This document shows positions 8,910 to 18,015 of a DNA stretch of 36,498 nt, piece after piece (the stretch's first letter is position 1; each line of letters starts with the position of its first letter). The stretch spans positions 1-36,498 of the IMG/VR virus record IMGVR_UViG_3300002092_000103; one strand, given 5' to 3'. Under the pieces are notes generated by a model. It worked only from the letters and a program-made list of their open reading frames with translations, searched no databases and was not told the origin of the DNA. A program made the position numbers and the translations under genes. This DNA is from a virus (lineage: Duplodnaviria > Caudoviricetes).

Positions 8910-10091
8910 TTATCCTACATACACCATTAAAGGTATATTTGTTAATGTATTTTCTAAAGAGTTATTCTCAGATTCTTTTCTCTCTAATTGTTTCTGTCTC
9001 GACATGTCTTCAAGATCTAATCTTAACTTTTCTCTTAACTCTTTTTGCATTGCTTGGCCTCTTGCAATCAAATCTGCAAAGTTTAAAGTTGTTTCTGCAC
9101 CCGGTATATTAACTACTGTATATTTTCCTCTTACTAAACCTAGTAATTCTGAAGTTAATGCAGCTGTAAACTCTTTAGTCCATTGTTTTGCAGGTTGGTT
9201 AAGATCAGAATAAGTAATTAACCCGTAAGGTGCCATAGAAGCATTTGCAACTAAGCCTTGATTATCACCATAAGGACTATTTTCAGTTAAGCTCATTAAA
9301 TCAGACTGGAATGCATACTGTAATGAAATGCATCCGCCTGCTCCTGTAGGTATAGGCATAACTCTAAGGTTAGTTCCTATTAATTCAAAAGTCCAAGCCG
9401 GTAAGTTTACCGTATTTTGCATTTCTACCTCTTGTAACATTTGAATTGTCCAGAAAACAGGGTAATAAGTAACTGCGTTACCTACTCCTCCCCACCCTCC
9501 ATATCCATATCCACCCCAGTTACCAGGCCATGCACCAGCTCCGCCTAATTGCGGGTAATAAGAACCGTATCCGTATTGGTATAATGCAGGAGGTGCTTGA
9601 TACATTACTCTCTGCACTACTAATCTATCAGTTGAAGCCATTCCTTGGGTATTTACAGCCCATTCGTATAAGTCATAGTTTTGTACGCTTGCAGTTAATT
9701 GTACAGAGCCACTTTTCCAGCTAACAAATCCACCTACTCCAGCTACTTGGCCATAAGTCTCAGCTATATTAACTAAGTTAGTTAAGTTAGGGGAGACTAC
9801 AGTATTATTTAAAAGTGAACTAGTAGGTTGACCCTCTAAAGTAAGGTAGTTATCCTTAATCTTTAATTGATAAAGCTCTTCTGCGTATACAGAAACTGCT
9901 TCTTCAAAGCATGCATATATGTTTAGGTCATTCAATTCCACATCAAGTACAGGATATCCTAATTTTCTAGCACAATAATTTGCTACCTTAGGTCCGTCAT
10001 TTTGAAAATCTACATCGTTATCGTAAAATCCGAATGGAGTAGATCCAGAGATTGGGCCTGGGTTACCGTCATATATGGTTGGATTTGCCAT
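8910..10091 (-). CDS. Neck/head-tail adaptor protein (T4 gp13-like)
   Basis: RKLGYPVLDVEL N-terminal motif, 'LGLVRGKY...IPG..TLN', C-terminal PLMVYVG. Confidence 0.75.
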   Translation of the reverse strand: MANPTIYDGNPGPISGSTPFGFYDNDVDFQNDGPKVANYCARKLGYPVLDVELNDLNIYACFEEAVSVYAEELYQLKIKDNYLTLEGQPTSSLLNNTVVSPNLTNLVNIAETYGQVAGVGGFVSWKSGSVQLTASVQNYDLYEWAVNTQGMASTDRLVVQRVMYQAPPALYQYGYGSYYPQLGGAGAWPGNWGGYGYGGWGGVGNAVTYYPVFWTIQMLQEVEMQNTVNLPAWTFELIGTNLRVMPIPTGAGGCISLQYAFQSDLMSLTENSPYGDNQGLVANASMAPYGLITYSDLNQPAKQWTKEFTAALTSELLGLVRGKYTVVNIPGAETTLNFADLIARGQAMQKELREKLRLDLEDMSRQKQLERKESENNSLENTLTNIPLMVYVG

Positions 10092-10765
10092 TAATTTCTT
10101 ATTTGTTTATAAACATTAATCACTTGTTCTACTATTGGATGTCTGTGGTTATGACTTAGGTGAATAGATGCTACGCCTTTCACTACACCTGGAACTGCTT
10201 TATTTAAATAAATCAATCCAGAATCTTTTCTCTCTCTTAAGTCTATTTGTCCTACATCTCCAACTATAACCATTTTAGAACCTTCACAAAGTCTAGAAAT
10301 TGCCATCTCCATTTGTGAATCTGTAACGTTTTGTGCTTCATCCAGGATAATGAAAGCGTTCGAGAAGTTTCGTCCTCGCATAAAAGCAAAGGGAATTATC
10401 TCTATTTTTCCTTCCGTAAACAAACTATCTATCTTAGCCTTATCGTACAATCTATAAAGGTTATCATAGATTGGCGCTATATAGGGATCAAGTTTATCTT
10501 TTAAACCTCCAGGTAAGAATCCTATATCTTCTTTTGCTGTTACAACTGGTCTAGCTACGATAATCCTCTCTACTTCTCTAGTAAAAAGAGAATCTAGAGC
10601 TGCTTGACATGCTACCAAGGTTTTTCCTGAACCAGCTTGACCTGTAACTATTGTTATAACATTATTGAGAATTGCAGTTTTCACTGTTTTTTGCTCTTCA
10701 TTTAACTGTATTTGAAACTTAATTGGACCTTTTGGTTTCTTTTTTGGTTGAACCTCTAATGCCAT
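10091..10765 (-). CDS. phoH: PhoH-family ATPase
   Basis: GQAGSGKT Walker A, IGFLPG, FMRGRNF, ILDEAQN, GDVGQID, HRHPIV. Confidence 0.95.
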   Translation of the reverse strand: MALEVQPKKKPKGPIKFQIQLNEEQKTVKTAILNNVITIVTGQAGSGKTLVACQAALDSLFTREVERIIVARPVVTAKEDIGFLPGGLKDKLDPYIAPIYDNLYRLYDKAKIDSLFTEGKIEIIPFAFMRGRNFSNAFIILDEAQNVTDSQMEMAISRLCEGSKMVIVGDVGQIDLRERKDSGLIYLNKAVPGVVKGVASIHLSHNHRHPIVEQVINVYKQIRN

Positions 10766-10780
10766 ATAAAACTATTTTAA

Positions 10781-10787
10781 ATAAATA
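10781..10787 (-). promoter_or_regulatory. Putative late promoter TATTTAT
   Basis: Directly after the MCP terminator, upstream of phoH. Confidence 0.55.
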
Positions 10788-10796
10788 GTACAGAAA

Positions 10797-10832
10797 TAAA
10801 GAAAGCCGGCTTACGGGCCGGCTTCTTTTTTT
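10797..10832 (-). terminator. Intrinsic terminator after major capsid gene (possibly bidirectional)
   Basis: AAGCCGGC-N6-GCCGGCTT stem with T-rich tracts on both strands. Confidence 0.85.
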
Positions 10833-10854
10833 ATACTGATATTGTCAGACTAGA

Positions 10855-12561
10855 CTAGCTAGCTTGAGCAACATATAAATCAGCAACGTACAATTTACCA
10901 TAGTACTCAGGACGGATCATTTTCTTCGCGTAACGAGTCATGATACCTTTACGTGGAGTGAAGGTTTGTGGATCGTACACTAATGGAGTCATGATCAATG
11001 GTACGTAAGGAGCGTAAACGGCACCACACTCTAAGAATTGGTTACCACGGAAGCCCATTAAGATTGTGTTTTCAGTCATGTAAGGGTTTTTGTAAACCTT
11101 GTAACGGCTGTTTAATGAACCAATCTTTTGTACACCGAATGCATACTTCATAGTATCTGCTGCACCATCAGTATCAGCTGCAAATCCAGGAATTGATTCC
11201 AAGATAGTAGCTACTGTTGGAGAACAAACCATAAAGTTTGCACCACCACGTAAAGTCAATTGGTGGATTTTGTTAGATACCGCTTGTAACTTGATACCAA
11301 TTGTTTGGAACCAAGACATTTGGTTGTAGTAAGCACCAGCAGTGTTATTTGTGTAGTTAGTACCAGCACTGTTGATTTGGTTACCGATTTGAGCTGACCA
11401 GTTAGCAACTGTTTGAGCATTCTCGATTAACATATCTAAGATCTCTAAGTCAATCTCTAAAGAGATGTACTCAGATAACATACCTGTTAATTCTGCTTCA
11501 GCGTCTAAGCTATGATAAGCATTCAAATCTTGCGCAAATTCTGGAGTCCATTGTGCTTTCAACTTACGAGTCTTAGCAGAAATAGTCTCAGACTTCATTT
11601 GTACGTTAATCTCTGGGATAACGATTGAAGCAGAGCTAGCAGCGTTCGGGTTAGAGAATGGAGTAGGCGTATCTTGAGGAGCGTCTTCAAAATCACCACG
11701 TGTTTGGAAGTTAGTTTGCTTGTTGTAGAATACAGCAACTGAACCAGTTACAGCATTAACTTGAGCAACTGTAGAACCAGTTACAAAGAATGTAATGTTA
11801 CCGCTGTTATCTAAAACTGTAAAGTCGTTGATAACGTTAGCTGGAGTTAATACTGTGCTACCAGATAATTCGAAAGCACGTACACCGTTTGTATCCATTA
11901 CTGTGCTAATAGAAGCAGTAGTAAATGTTACAGCAACAAGAGAAGAAGCAGAAACTCCTAAAGAAGAAGTTACGCCACCTGGTAAGTAAGCTGTATTGAA
12001 ATCTACTTGTGCGAAAGTAGCTTGAGCAACTGTAGTTGGAGTTGCGCTAGAAGAGAACTGGTTAATTGAATAACCGAAACGGCCTTGACCATATAAACCA
12101 CCTGTAGCTGAGTTACCAAAGCCACTGTTGTTTGTTTGTACTAAGTTACCGTAAACTGAATTTCCTTTTTGGAATGGTAAAGGAATGTTGTTACCATATT
12201 GGAAATCCAAGTAGAATACTAAACCTGCAGGTAAGTTCATTGGTTGAACAGAAACGAACTCTTTTGCAGCGATTTGACCGAAGATCTTACGAACTAACGG
12301 TAAAGCTACACCAGCCCATTGTTCACCATTACCTGGTGTGAAAGTAGCACCGTTTGTAACGTTACCACCTGTTGATGATTGTTCCATCACTAATTGCTTA
12401 GCTTGGTTTTCTAAGATAACAGACATGTTGTTTCTATCGTAGTCTTTTAAACCCTCAAGTAAACCACTTTTAGCCCATTTCTTAGACAATTTTTGGCTAA
12501 CACCCAATTGATCTTGGTATGGATTAGCGCTCTCTAATAGAGATTGTACTAAATTTGACAT
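10855..12561 (-). CDS. gp23: Major capsid protein (T4 gp23-like); likely start MSNLVQ at 12561
   Basis: ILENQ, PLVRK, VSVQPMNLPAGLVFYL, KTRKLKAQWTPEFAQDL, YAPYVPL, PRKGIMTRY. Confidence 0.95.
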   Translation of the reverse strand: MSNLVQSLLESANPYQDQLGVSQKLSKKWAKSGLLEGLKDYDRNNMSVILENQAKQLVMEQSSTGGNVTNGATFTPGNGEQWAGVALPLVRKIFGQIAAKEFVSVQPMNLPAGLVFYLDFQYGNNIPLPFQKGNSVYGNLVQTNNSGFGNSATGGLYGQGRFGYSINQFSSSATPTTVAQATFAQVDFNTAYLPGGVTSSLGVSASSLVAVTFTTASISTVMDTNGVRAFELSGSTVLTPANVINDFTVLDNSGNITFFVTGSTVAQVNAVTGSVAVFYNKQTNFQTRGDFEDAPQDTPTPFSNPNAASSASIVIPEINVQMKSETISAKTRKLKAQWTPEFAQDLNAYHSLDAEAELTGMLSEYISLEIDLEILDMLIENAQTVANWSAQIGNQINSAGTNYTNNTAGAYYNQMSWFQTIGIKLQAVSNKIHQLTLRGGANFMVCSPTVATILESIPGFAADTDGAADTMKYAFGVQKIGSLNSRYKVYKNPYMTENTILMGFRGNQFLECGAVYAPYVPLIMTPLVYDPQTFTPRKGIMTRYAKKMIRPEYYGKLYVADLYVAQAS

Positions 12562-12586
12562 TGTTAAATGTGTTTTGTTTTTTAAT

Positions 12587-13780
12587 TTATTTAATTCCAG
12601 CAAGTTGTTGCCATCTTGTTACGAAGGCATCTGCTTCAACAATAGGTCTAACTGGAGCGTTACCCATTGCTTTAGAAGCGAACCCTACAGATTCTTTCAA
12701 TGAAGACTTTTTAGGTGCAGCACTGATTGATTCAGATAAAGTTCTAAAAGTGTTCTCAACTTCTTTAACAGATGATGCTCTGTCAAATGCGCTGACAACT
12801 TTTGTTTTTTGTGATTCAGAAAGATTTTTAGCTCTGAAGATTTTATTCACGTACATTAACTTAGCGTTAAATAAATTGATTTCATTCAATTCATGCTTAA
12901 GAACTTTAATAGTCTTAATAGCTTCGTTCAACTCTTGTTGAGTTGGGTCGTTTTTAACGTTGTGAACGTCAGCAGCTTTAGGATCAATTTCGCCACCAGG
13001 GCCTGTTCCTTCTTCTACTTTCTTGTCTGCAGCTTCTAATTCTCTTAAAATTTCTTCTAATGAGATTTCAGTGTCGTCAGCAGGCATTTCTTCGCCGCCA
13101 TCCATATCTAAATCAGCAGCTAAATCTGTATCCGCGTCTAAAGTAGCTTCTTCACCACCTTGTAATGTCATGAATACATCACGAATGATGTCTTTCAATT
13201 CACCAACAGTAATGTCTACTACTTCTTGTTCGTCTGAAGATTCCATGTCTTCACCGCCTTCGGTACCTTTTGTTAAATCTTCGCCAGCTTTTTCAGCTTT
13301 GTCGTCAGATTTAGCATCTTTGTCATCTTCTTCAGTGTCATCGTCATCATCAGCTTCGTGAAGCTTATGATCGCCATGAGAGGTTTTAGCTTTCTCATCA
13401 TAGCCAGTTTCGCCTTTAGCAGTATGTGCTTTTTCATCGTAGCCAGCAGTGGTTGTAGTGTGCTCATCTAAGTCACTTTCTTCCATGTCGTCTTCTGATA
13501 AAGCATCTAATTCTGCTAAAATTTCATCTAATGATGATTCTTCCATGTCGTGCTCAGCTTCTTTCATGTCGTGCATTTTGCCTTTTTTCATGTCGTGCTT
13601 TGCTTCTTCCATAGTGTCATCGTCGCCTTCTTCGATGTTTTCAACAGTTTCTCTAAACATATCTCTAACCAAAGGTTCGAAATGTTCAGCAAGAGTAGTT
13701 CTAGCGGCTGCTAGAGACGTCTCACGCACTGCTTTAGCATCCAAGATAGCCTGTTTGAACAGTTCTTGATTACTTTCCAT
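12587..13780 (-). CDS. Prohead scaffold/core protein (T4 gp22-like)
   Basis: Highly acidic, helical, between protease and MCP; many L/I-x-E sites; C-terminal RWQQLAGIK. Confidence 0.75.
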   Translation of the reverse strand: MESNQELFKQAILDAKAVRETSLAAARTTLAEHFEPLVRDMFRETVENIEEGDDDTMEEAKHDMKKGKMHDMKEAEHDMEESSLDEILAELDALSEDDMEESDLDEHTTTTAGYDEKAHTAKGETGYDEKAKTSHGDHKLHEADDDDDTEEDDKDAKSDDKAEKAGEDLTKGTEGGEDMESSDEQEVVDITVGELKDIIRDVFMTLQGGEEATLDADTDLAADLDMDGGEEMPADDTEISLEEILRELEAADKKVEEGTGPGGEIDPKAADVHNVKNDPTQQELNEAIKTIKVLKHELNEINLFNAKLMYVNKIFRAKNLSESQKTKVVSAFDRASSVKEVENTFRTLSESISAAPKKSSLKESVGFASKAMGNAPVRPIVEADAFVTRWQQLAGIK

Positions 13781-13802
13781 TGTGTAATTCTTTTCGTGGG
13801 GG

Positions 13803-13868
13803 ATTGCCTATTAGAGTAGTGGCAATATAGGTGTAATAAGAGTAAAAGATACCATATTAGGATGGTAT
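13803..13868 (-). promoter_or_regulatory. Tandem hairpins in scaffold/MCP leader with shared CUAAUA loop motif
   Basis: AUACCA-UCCUAAUA-UGGUAU (13849-13868) and AUUGCC-ACUACUCUAAUA-GGCAAU (13803-13826). Confidence 0.5.
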
Positions 13869-13873
13869 ACTGT

Positions 13874-13881
13874 TATAAATA
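13874..13881 (-). promoter_or_regulatory. Putative late promoter TATTTATA
   Basis: Upstream of the scaffold-MCP unit. Confidence 0.6.
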
Positions 13882-13883
13882 GC

Positions 13884-13905
13884 AAAAGCCCCTTGAGAAG
13901 GAGCT
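13884..13905 (-). terminator. Putative intrinsic terminator after protease gene
   Basis: AGCUCCUU-CUC-AAGGGGCU followed by a short U run. Confidence 0.5.
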
Positions 13906-13927
13906 CTTTACCGGAAAATTTTTATTT

Positions 13928-14554
13928 TTACTTAATACAACAAACTCCCGAATTTAGACATATAATATCGGAGATTAATCGGTTAATACCTTCACGTTGT
14001 TCGTTAACCTGTGGAGTATAAGATTCATTTAATCCTCCTACTGGTTTAACATACGCACCATAAGTGCTTGGAGTTGAAACGAAATCCCAACAAATTAATT
14101 CTAAGTCATCTTCTACTTGAACAAGACCTTCACCAATTGGCGTTACAGATCCCATAGCTCTTGAACTAACTCCTACATTAATACCTGCAAGGAATAATTC
14201 TTTTAATATGTTTCCTGAGGGAGTATCTAAGATTTCAAATTCACCATATAAGTCTTTATCTTCCCACCATAATCTTGTAATATTGTGACAAACGTTCTTT
14301 AAATTGATTACAGAAGTTTCTGGATGATCTAACTCACCTAGAGCTCTTTTCTCTGCAATAGGACCGTCTGAATATAACTGTACTTGTGTCTTTAAAATAT
14401 CAAAATTATAGATACGGTGATTTGCGTTAGGTTTATCTGCAGCTTGTACCTTACCGGATACCAGGAATCTTGCTCTTGGATTCACTCTAGCCTCATGTAA
14501 TTGTTGAGGTAGTGGCTTAAACGATAAATACTCTATTAAAACTTCTTTATTCAT
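13928..14554 (-). CDS. gp21: Prohead protease (T4 gp21-like)
   Basis: NANHRIY, LGELDHP, GVSSRAMGS, WDFVSTPS motifs. Confidence 0.93.
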   Translation of the reverse strand: MNKEVLIEYLSFKPLPQQLHEARVNPRARFLVSGKVQAADKPNANHRIYNFDILKTQVQLYSDGPIAEKRALGELDHPETSVINLKNVCHNITRLWWEDKDLYGEFEILDTPSGNILKELFLAGINVGVSSRAMGSVTPIGEGLVQVEDDLELICWDFVSTPSTYGAYVKPVGGLNESYTPQVNEQREGINRLISDIICLNSGVCCIK

Positions 14555-15666
14555 TATAATGGTTTAATATCTCCAGTGTTAGGTACTGCTCTAAAACCTT
14601 TTTGTGTTAATGCACTCTTAGAAGTTGGGTTAGTAGCAGTTACAGTTTGTGCACCTGGACCTGTTCCTTTTGTAAAAATATCTTCTTCTAATTCTTCTTT
14701 AACAGCTTTCATTAATTTCTCTTTTAAAGATTTTAATTTAGCGTCTCTTTCTTCTTTAGTTTCTTCTACTTTTTCTACGTCTTCAGGAACGTGTGCTTTT
14801 GGGTTAACAGTAGGAGTATCTTTTTTAGTAGGGATATCTCCTTTAGTTAAAACATTACCTTGAACATGGTGTATTTCGCCTTCGTCAGTCTTTATTGTAG
14901 CAGTATCGCCATCCCATTCTGTGATCTCGCCTACTAAGGAGTTATCTTTTTTTTTAACTCTTGCACCTACTTGAAAGTGCTCGTAAGTAGGATTTTGCAT
15001 AGTTAATTCCTGCATGATATTTTCTTTAAGAGCTTTTACTTTCTCTTTTCCAGGAACTTCCATTACCTTTGCAATACCCTTAGCTTTTTTAGGAGTTTGA
15101 GTCATTACTTGAACACCTTTAGGATTCTTAGCTTTCTTTTTTTCTTTTTTCTCTAATGTATCTTCTGTATTTGCCTTTGCATCTTTCTTAATGACTTTCA
15201 TTTCATTAGGCTTATCAGTTAAATTATTCTCTTTAACTTCTTTCATCTTCAAATCTTCATCCATAGCCTTAACAGCTTTGAAATTAGCTAATTGAAGTTG
15301 TTTATAAGCATCTGGATCTTTTAAAATAGTATCTACTACTTTCTTTCTAGCTTTAATATAATTTTCATCAGTAATCTCTGGCATTTGAGCTAATTCAAAC
15401 TGAATACCGTGGTATACTTGGTAGTAGTTTAATTGATCAATACCTGGTGCTGGAGGAGTCTCTGCATTCGGATTATGTCCGTAAACACCTTCAGGTTTAG
15501 CTGCTTCAGATATGATGCGCTTACCTTTTAATATCTTTACTGTATCTTCAAAAGAAGAAACGTTAGTTACGTGTTGAGGAAACTCCATACGCACATTACG
15601 CATAAAGTTTTGCTTTGACATTTTACCTTCTAAAAGGTCTGTATATTGGGACTGAATGTTCTTCAT
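14554..15666 (-). CDS. Hypothetical Lys/Glu-rich head-associated protein (likely start MKNIQSQY at 15666)
   Basis: TATTTAT at 15671-15677 just before this ATG; ATGA overlap with upstream gene; possible SH3/KOW-like segment FQVGARVKKK...GEITEWDGDTATIKTDEG. Confidence 0.6.
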   Translation of the reverse strand: MKNIQSQYTDLLEGKMSKQNFMRNVRMEFPQHVTNVSSFEDTVKILKGKRIISEAAKPEGVYGHNPNAETPPAPGIDQLNYYQVYHGIQFELAQMPEITDENYIKARKKVVDTILKDPDAYKQLQLANFKAVKAMDEDLKMKEVKENNLTDKPNEMKVIKKDAKANTEDTLEKKEKKKAKNPKGVQVMTQTPKKAKGIAKVMEVPGKEKVKALKENIMQELTMQNPTYEHFQVGARVKKKDNSLVGEITEWDGDTATIKTDEGEIHHVQGNVLTKGDIPTKKDTPTVNPKAHVPEDVEKVEETKEERDAKLKSLKEKLMKAVKEELEEDIFTKGTGPGAQTVTATNPTSKSALTQKGFRAVPNTGDIKPL

Positions 15667-16274
15667 ATTGATAAATATTTGCAATTTTCGAAATGCCACT
15701 GTTTTATTCCTGTAGCACCTCCTGTTTTATTACAGTGCGGACAGGTTAACTGTTTCTGAGGTCCTCTAGGTCCTCTCATTTTTTGAAGAATTTCTTCTGT
15801 ATACTCAAAAGGATTATTCTTTCTTGTTCTTTTTGCTTTTTCTATAACTTCTATTTTTTTACTAGGATTATTAGCTCCTAGTTTAGCTTTGCTCATAAGA
15901 GCTTTAGTTTCTTCGGAATGTTTAAATCCAAGACCGTAGCTATTTCCTTTCTTTTCCTCTCTTCGAGCCTGTTTCCATTCTTCAGATCGAACTATACCGG
16001 GAGTTCCGTCTCCTCCATCTGTCATATTTACTAAATGTCCAGTTCCTAAATCTCTCCTACCGTAAGCAGCAATCATTCCTTTCTCAACTTCGCAAGCATT
16101 TTCCCAAGTTATATTCTCAAATAAAATATCAACATCCCACCCCACTCGATCTACTATATGTATCCAATGTCTATTTCTACTATTCAGCTTATAAGCCCTA
16201 CTTGTATTATGACCTATTCCGATATAAAATACTTCGTTGGTGTCTCTTCTTCTATGTTGATATACTACTGCCAT
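15663..16274 (-). mobile_element. Free-standing GIY-YIG-like/NUMOD3 homing endonuclease
   Basis: VYQH...FYIGIG, LVNMTDGGDG, NUMOD3-like HSEETKALMSKAKLG, C-terminal CPHC...HFENC. Confidence 0.8.
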
Positions 16275-16275
16275 A

Positions 16276-16404
16276 CTAGCGACCTTGTCCTCTATAGGCT
16301 TTTGGCCTTGGACTGTGTTTATTAAAACTTTTTTGTGCTGAACCTACTTTTCTTTTACCGAATGAAACTTTGGTACTACTACCAGCTGATTTCGCTTTTG
16401 CCAT
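16276..16404 (-). CDS. 42-aa basic peptide ending YRGQGR (not in ORF track)
   Basis: Manual translation MAKAKSAGSSTKVSFGKRKVGSAQKSFNKHSPRPKAYRGQGR*; TAATG overlap with upstream gene, ends 1 nt before next start. Confidence 0.75.
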   Translation of the reverse strand: MAKAKSAGSSTKVSFGKRKVGSAQKSFNKHSPRPKAYRGQGR

Positions 16405-17132
16405 TATTTAAGACCTTTTACTTTTGTATAAACTTCGACAACCTTTGAATGAATTCTTTCGAAAACCTTTTTAGTATTATGTTTATACTCTACATTTGCT
16501 TCTCCTTCAGAAAGATCGTTTCTCATTTGAGAGGTAAATTCAAGTAATTTAGTAACTTCGTCTAACTTATGTTGTATCATCTTAGCTGCTTGATGTAATT
16601 GATCTGGTTTAGATCTCATTGCAGCTTCTTTTTTAAATTGATTGTAAGCTCTTGATTCCTCTAAAGCTTCTTTCCATAACATATCTACATCGATACCTTT
16701 CATTTGCTTTCCAGCCTCTTGAGCAGTTGGGGCTTTAGTAAATCCAACACTAGAATAAGCATTAAGGTTTTTAGAACCTTGACTGTTTGTCTTTGAAGGC
16801 TCGCCAGCAAGACGCGGTGCGTCTTCCTGATATTTTTTCTTTTTAGTGCCTGCAGCATACTGTTCACCGTTACCTGGTGTGAATGTAGCTCCGTTTGTAA
16901 CACCGCCGCCTGTAGTAGAACCGCCAGCAGGAGCTGCTGCTCCGTCTTCTGTTAAACCTAAAGTTTGCTTCATAATCTCTAAAGCTCTATCTGGTTTAAT
17001 TAATCCTTTTTCGATTAGTACTAAAGTATACTTAATAAGCTCCTCATCAGCACCAAGCTTTTTCATATAATTCTCCAACCAATTTGGATCTACTTCTTCC
17101 CTTAAGTACTGTGTAGCAAATTGATTATTCAT
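16404..17132 (-). CDS. Hypothetical head-associated protein containing a copy of an MCP N-terminal segment
   Basis: 242 aa; TGGGVTNGATFTPGNGEQ vs MCP TGGNVTNGATFTPGNGEQ. Confidence 0.75.
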   Translation of the reverse strand: MNNQFATQYLREEVDPNWLENYMKKLGADEELIKYTLVLIEKGLIKPDRALEIMKQTLGLTEDGAAAPAGGSTTGGGVTNGATFTPGNGEQYAAGTKKKKYQEDAPRLAGEPSKTNSQGSKNLNAYSSVGFTKAPTAQEAGKQMKGIDVDMLWKEALEESRAYNQFKKEAAMRSKPDQLHQAAKMIQHKLDEVTKLLEFTSQMRNDLSEGEANVEYKHNTKKVFERIHSKVVEVYTKVKGLK

Positions 17133-17983
17133 TATTTTATAGCTTTTAACTCGCTGATTAATTGGTAGTATTGCATTAGGCCGATAAGTACTTCATCCTT
17201 AATAGATTCGTTAACGGCTATCGGTTTGATAAAGTTTAACACCTCATTTAATTTAATTTGAAGTACTTTATCTTTTGTAGTCTCTTTAAATCCTATAATT
17301 TCAGTTTTTACTTCTAATAATCTAGTATTTAAGTAGGTTTTTAGCTTTTTAGTATCTGAAATATTGTTAATATATTCTTTTAGTAAGTCTCTCTGTTCTC
17401 TAGATAGAGAAGAGTATTTTTCGTTGAACCTTTCAACTAAAATCTTATAGGCAAGTACTCTAATCTCCTTATCTTCCTTCATAAACTCCTCAACTACCTT
17501 AGAAGCTACTTTTCTTTCGGTTAAAGACTCCTTTGTAATATGTTCAAGTAAGCTTAACTTATTGGTAATGATTTGTTTAGTATCATTCATCGTAGAACTC
17601 AACTGATTTTCGATAAGAGTGTATACAGAAGCGTAAACTTTGTATGTTTCTATCTTTGCTTTAAAGAAATTATCTAAATCGTAGTGTTTTTTGATCTCTC
17701 TGATCAAGTTATACTTCTCTTTATCTAATTTTTCTCTATCTAATTTTTTAGCTTGTTCGATAATAGTGCTAACTAGTACTTCAGCTTTATTTTCATTAAG
17801 TTTTGGTGCATTTAACACTGTGCTATACAGGTTATATTCCTTACTTAACTCCGTGTTTGTAAAGTACTTCTTAAATATTTTTACGGCTTTTGAGTCTATG
17901 TTAGACATCAGGTCAGAAGTCGATTGTCTGACGAGAAGCTCAAAAAGAACCCCCGTATTTTTGTATTTGCTATGTTTGATCAT
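17132..17983 (-). CDS. Hypothetical helical protein downstream of portal
   Basis: 283 aa, MIKHSKYKNTGVLFELLVRQ start; TATTTAT at 18001-18007. Confidence 0.7.
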   Translation of the reverse strand: MIKHSKYKNTGVLFELLVRQSTSDLMSNIDSKAVKIFKKYFTNTELSKEYNLYSTVLNAPKLNENKAEVLVSTIIEQAKKLDREKLDKEKYNLIREIKKHYDLDNFFKAKIETYKVYASVYTLIENQLSSTMNDTKQIITNKLSLLEHITKESLTERKVASKVVEEFMKEDKEIRVLAYKILVERFNEKYSSLSREQRDLLKEYINNISDTKKLKTYLNTRLLEVKTEIIGFKETTKDKVLQIKLNEVLNFIKPIAVNESIKDEVLIGLMQYYQLISELKAIK

Positions 17984-18015
17984 TACTTTTTAGCTTACTA
18001 ATAAATATCAATGTG

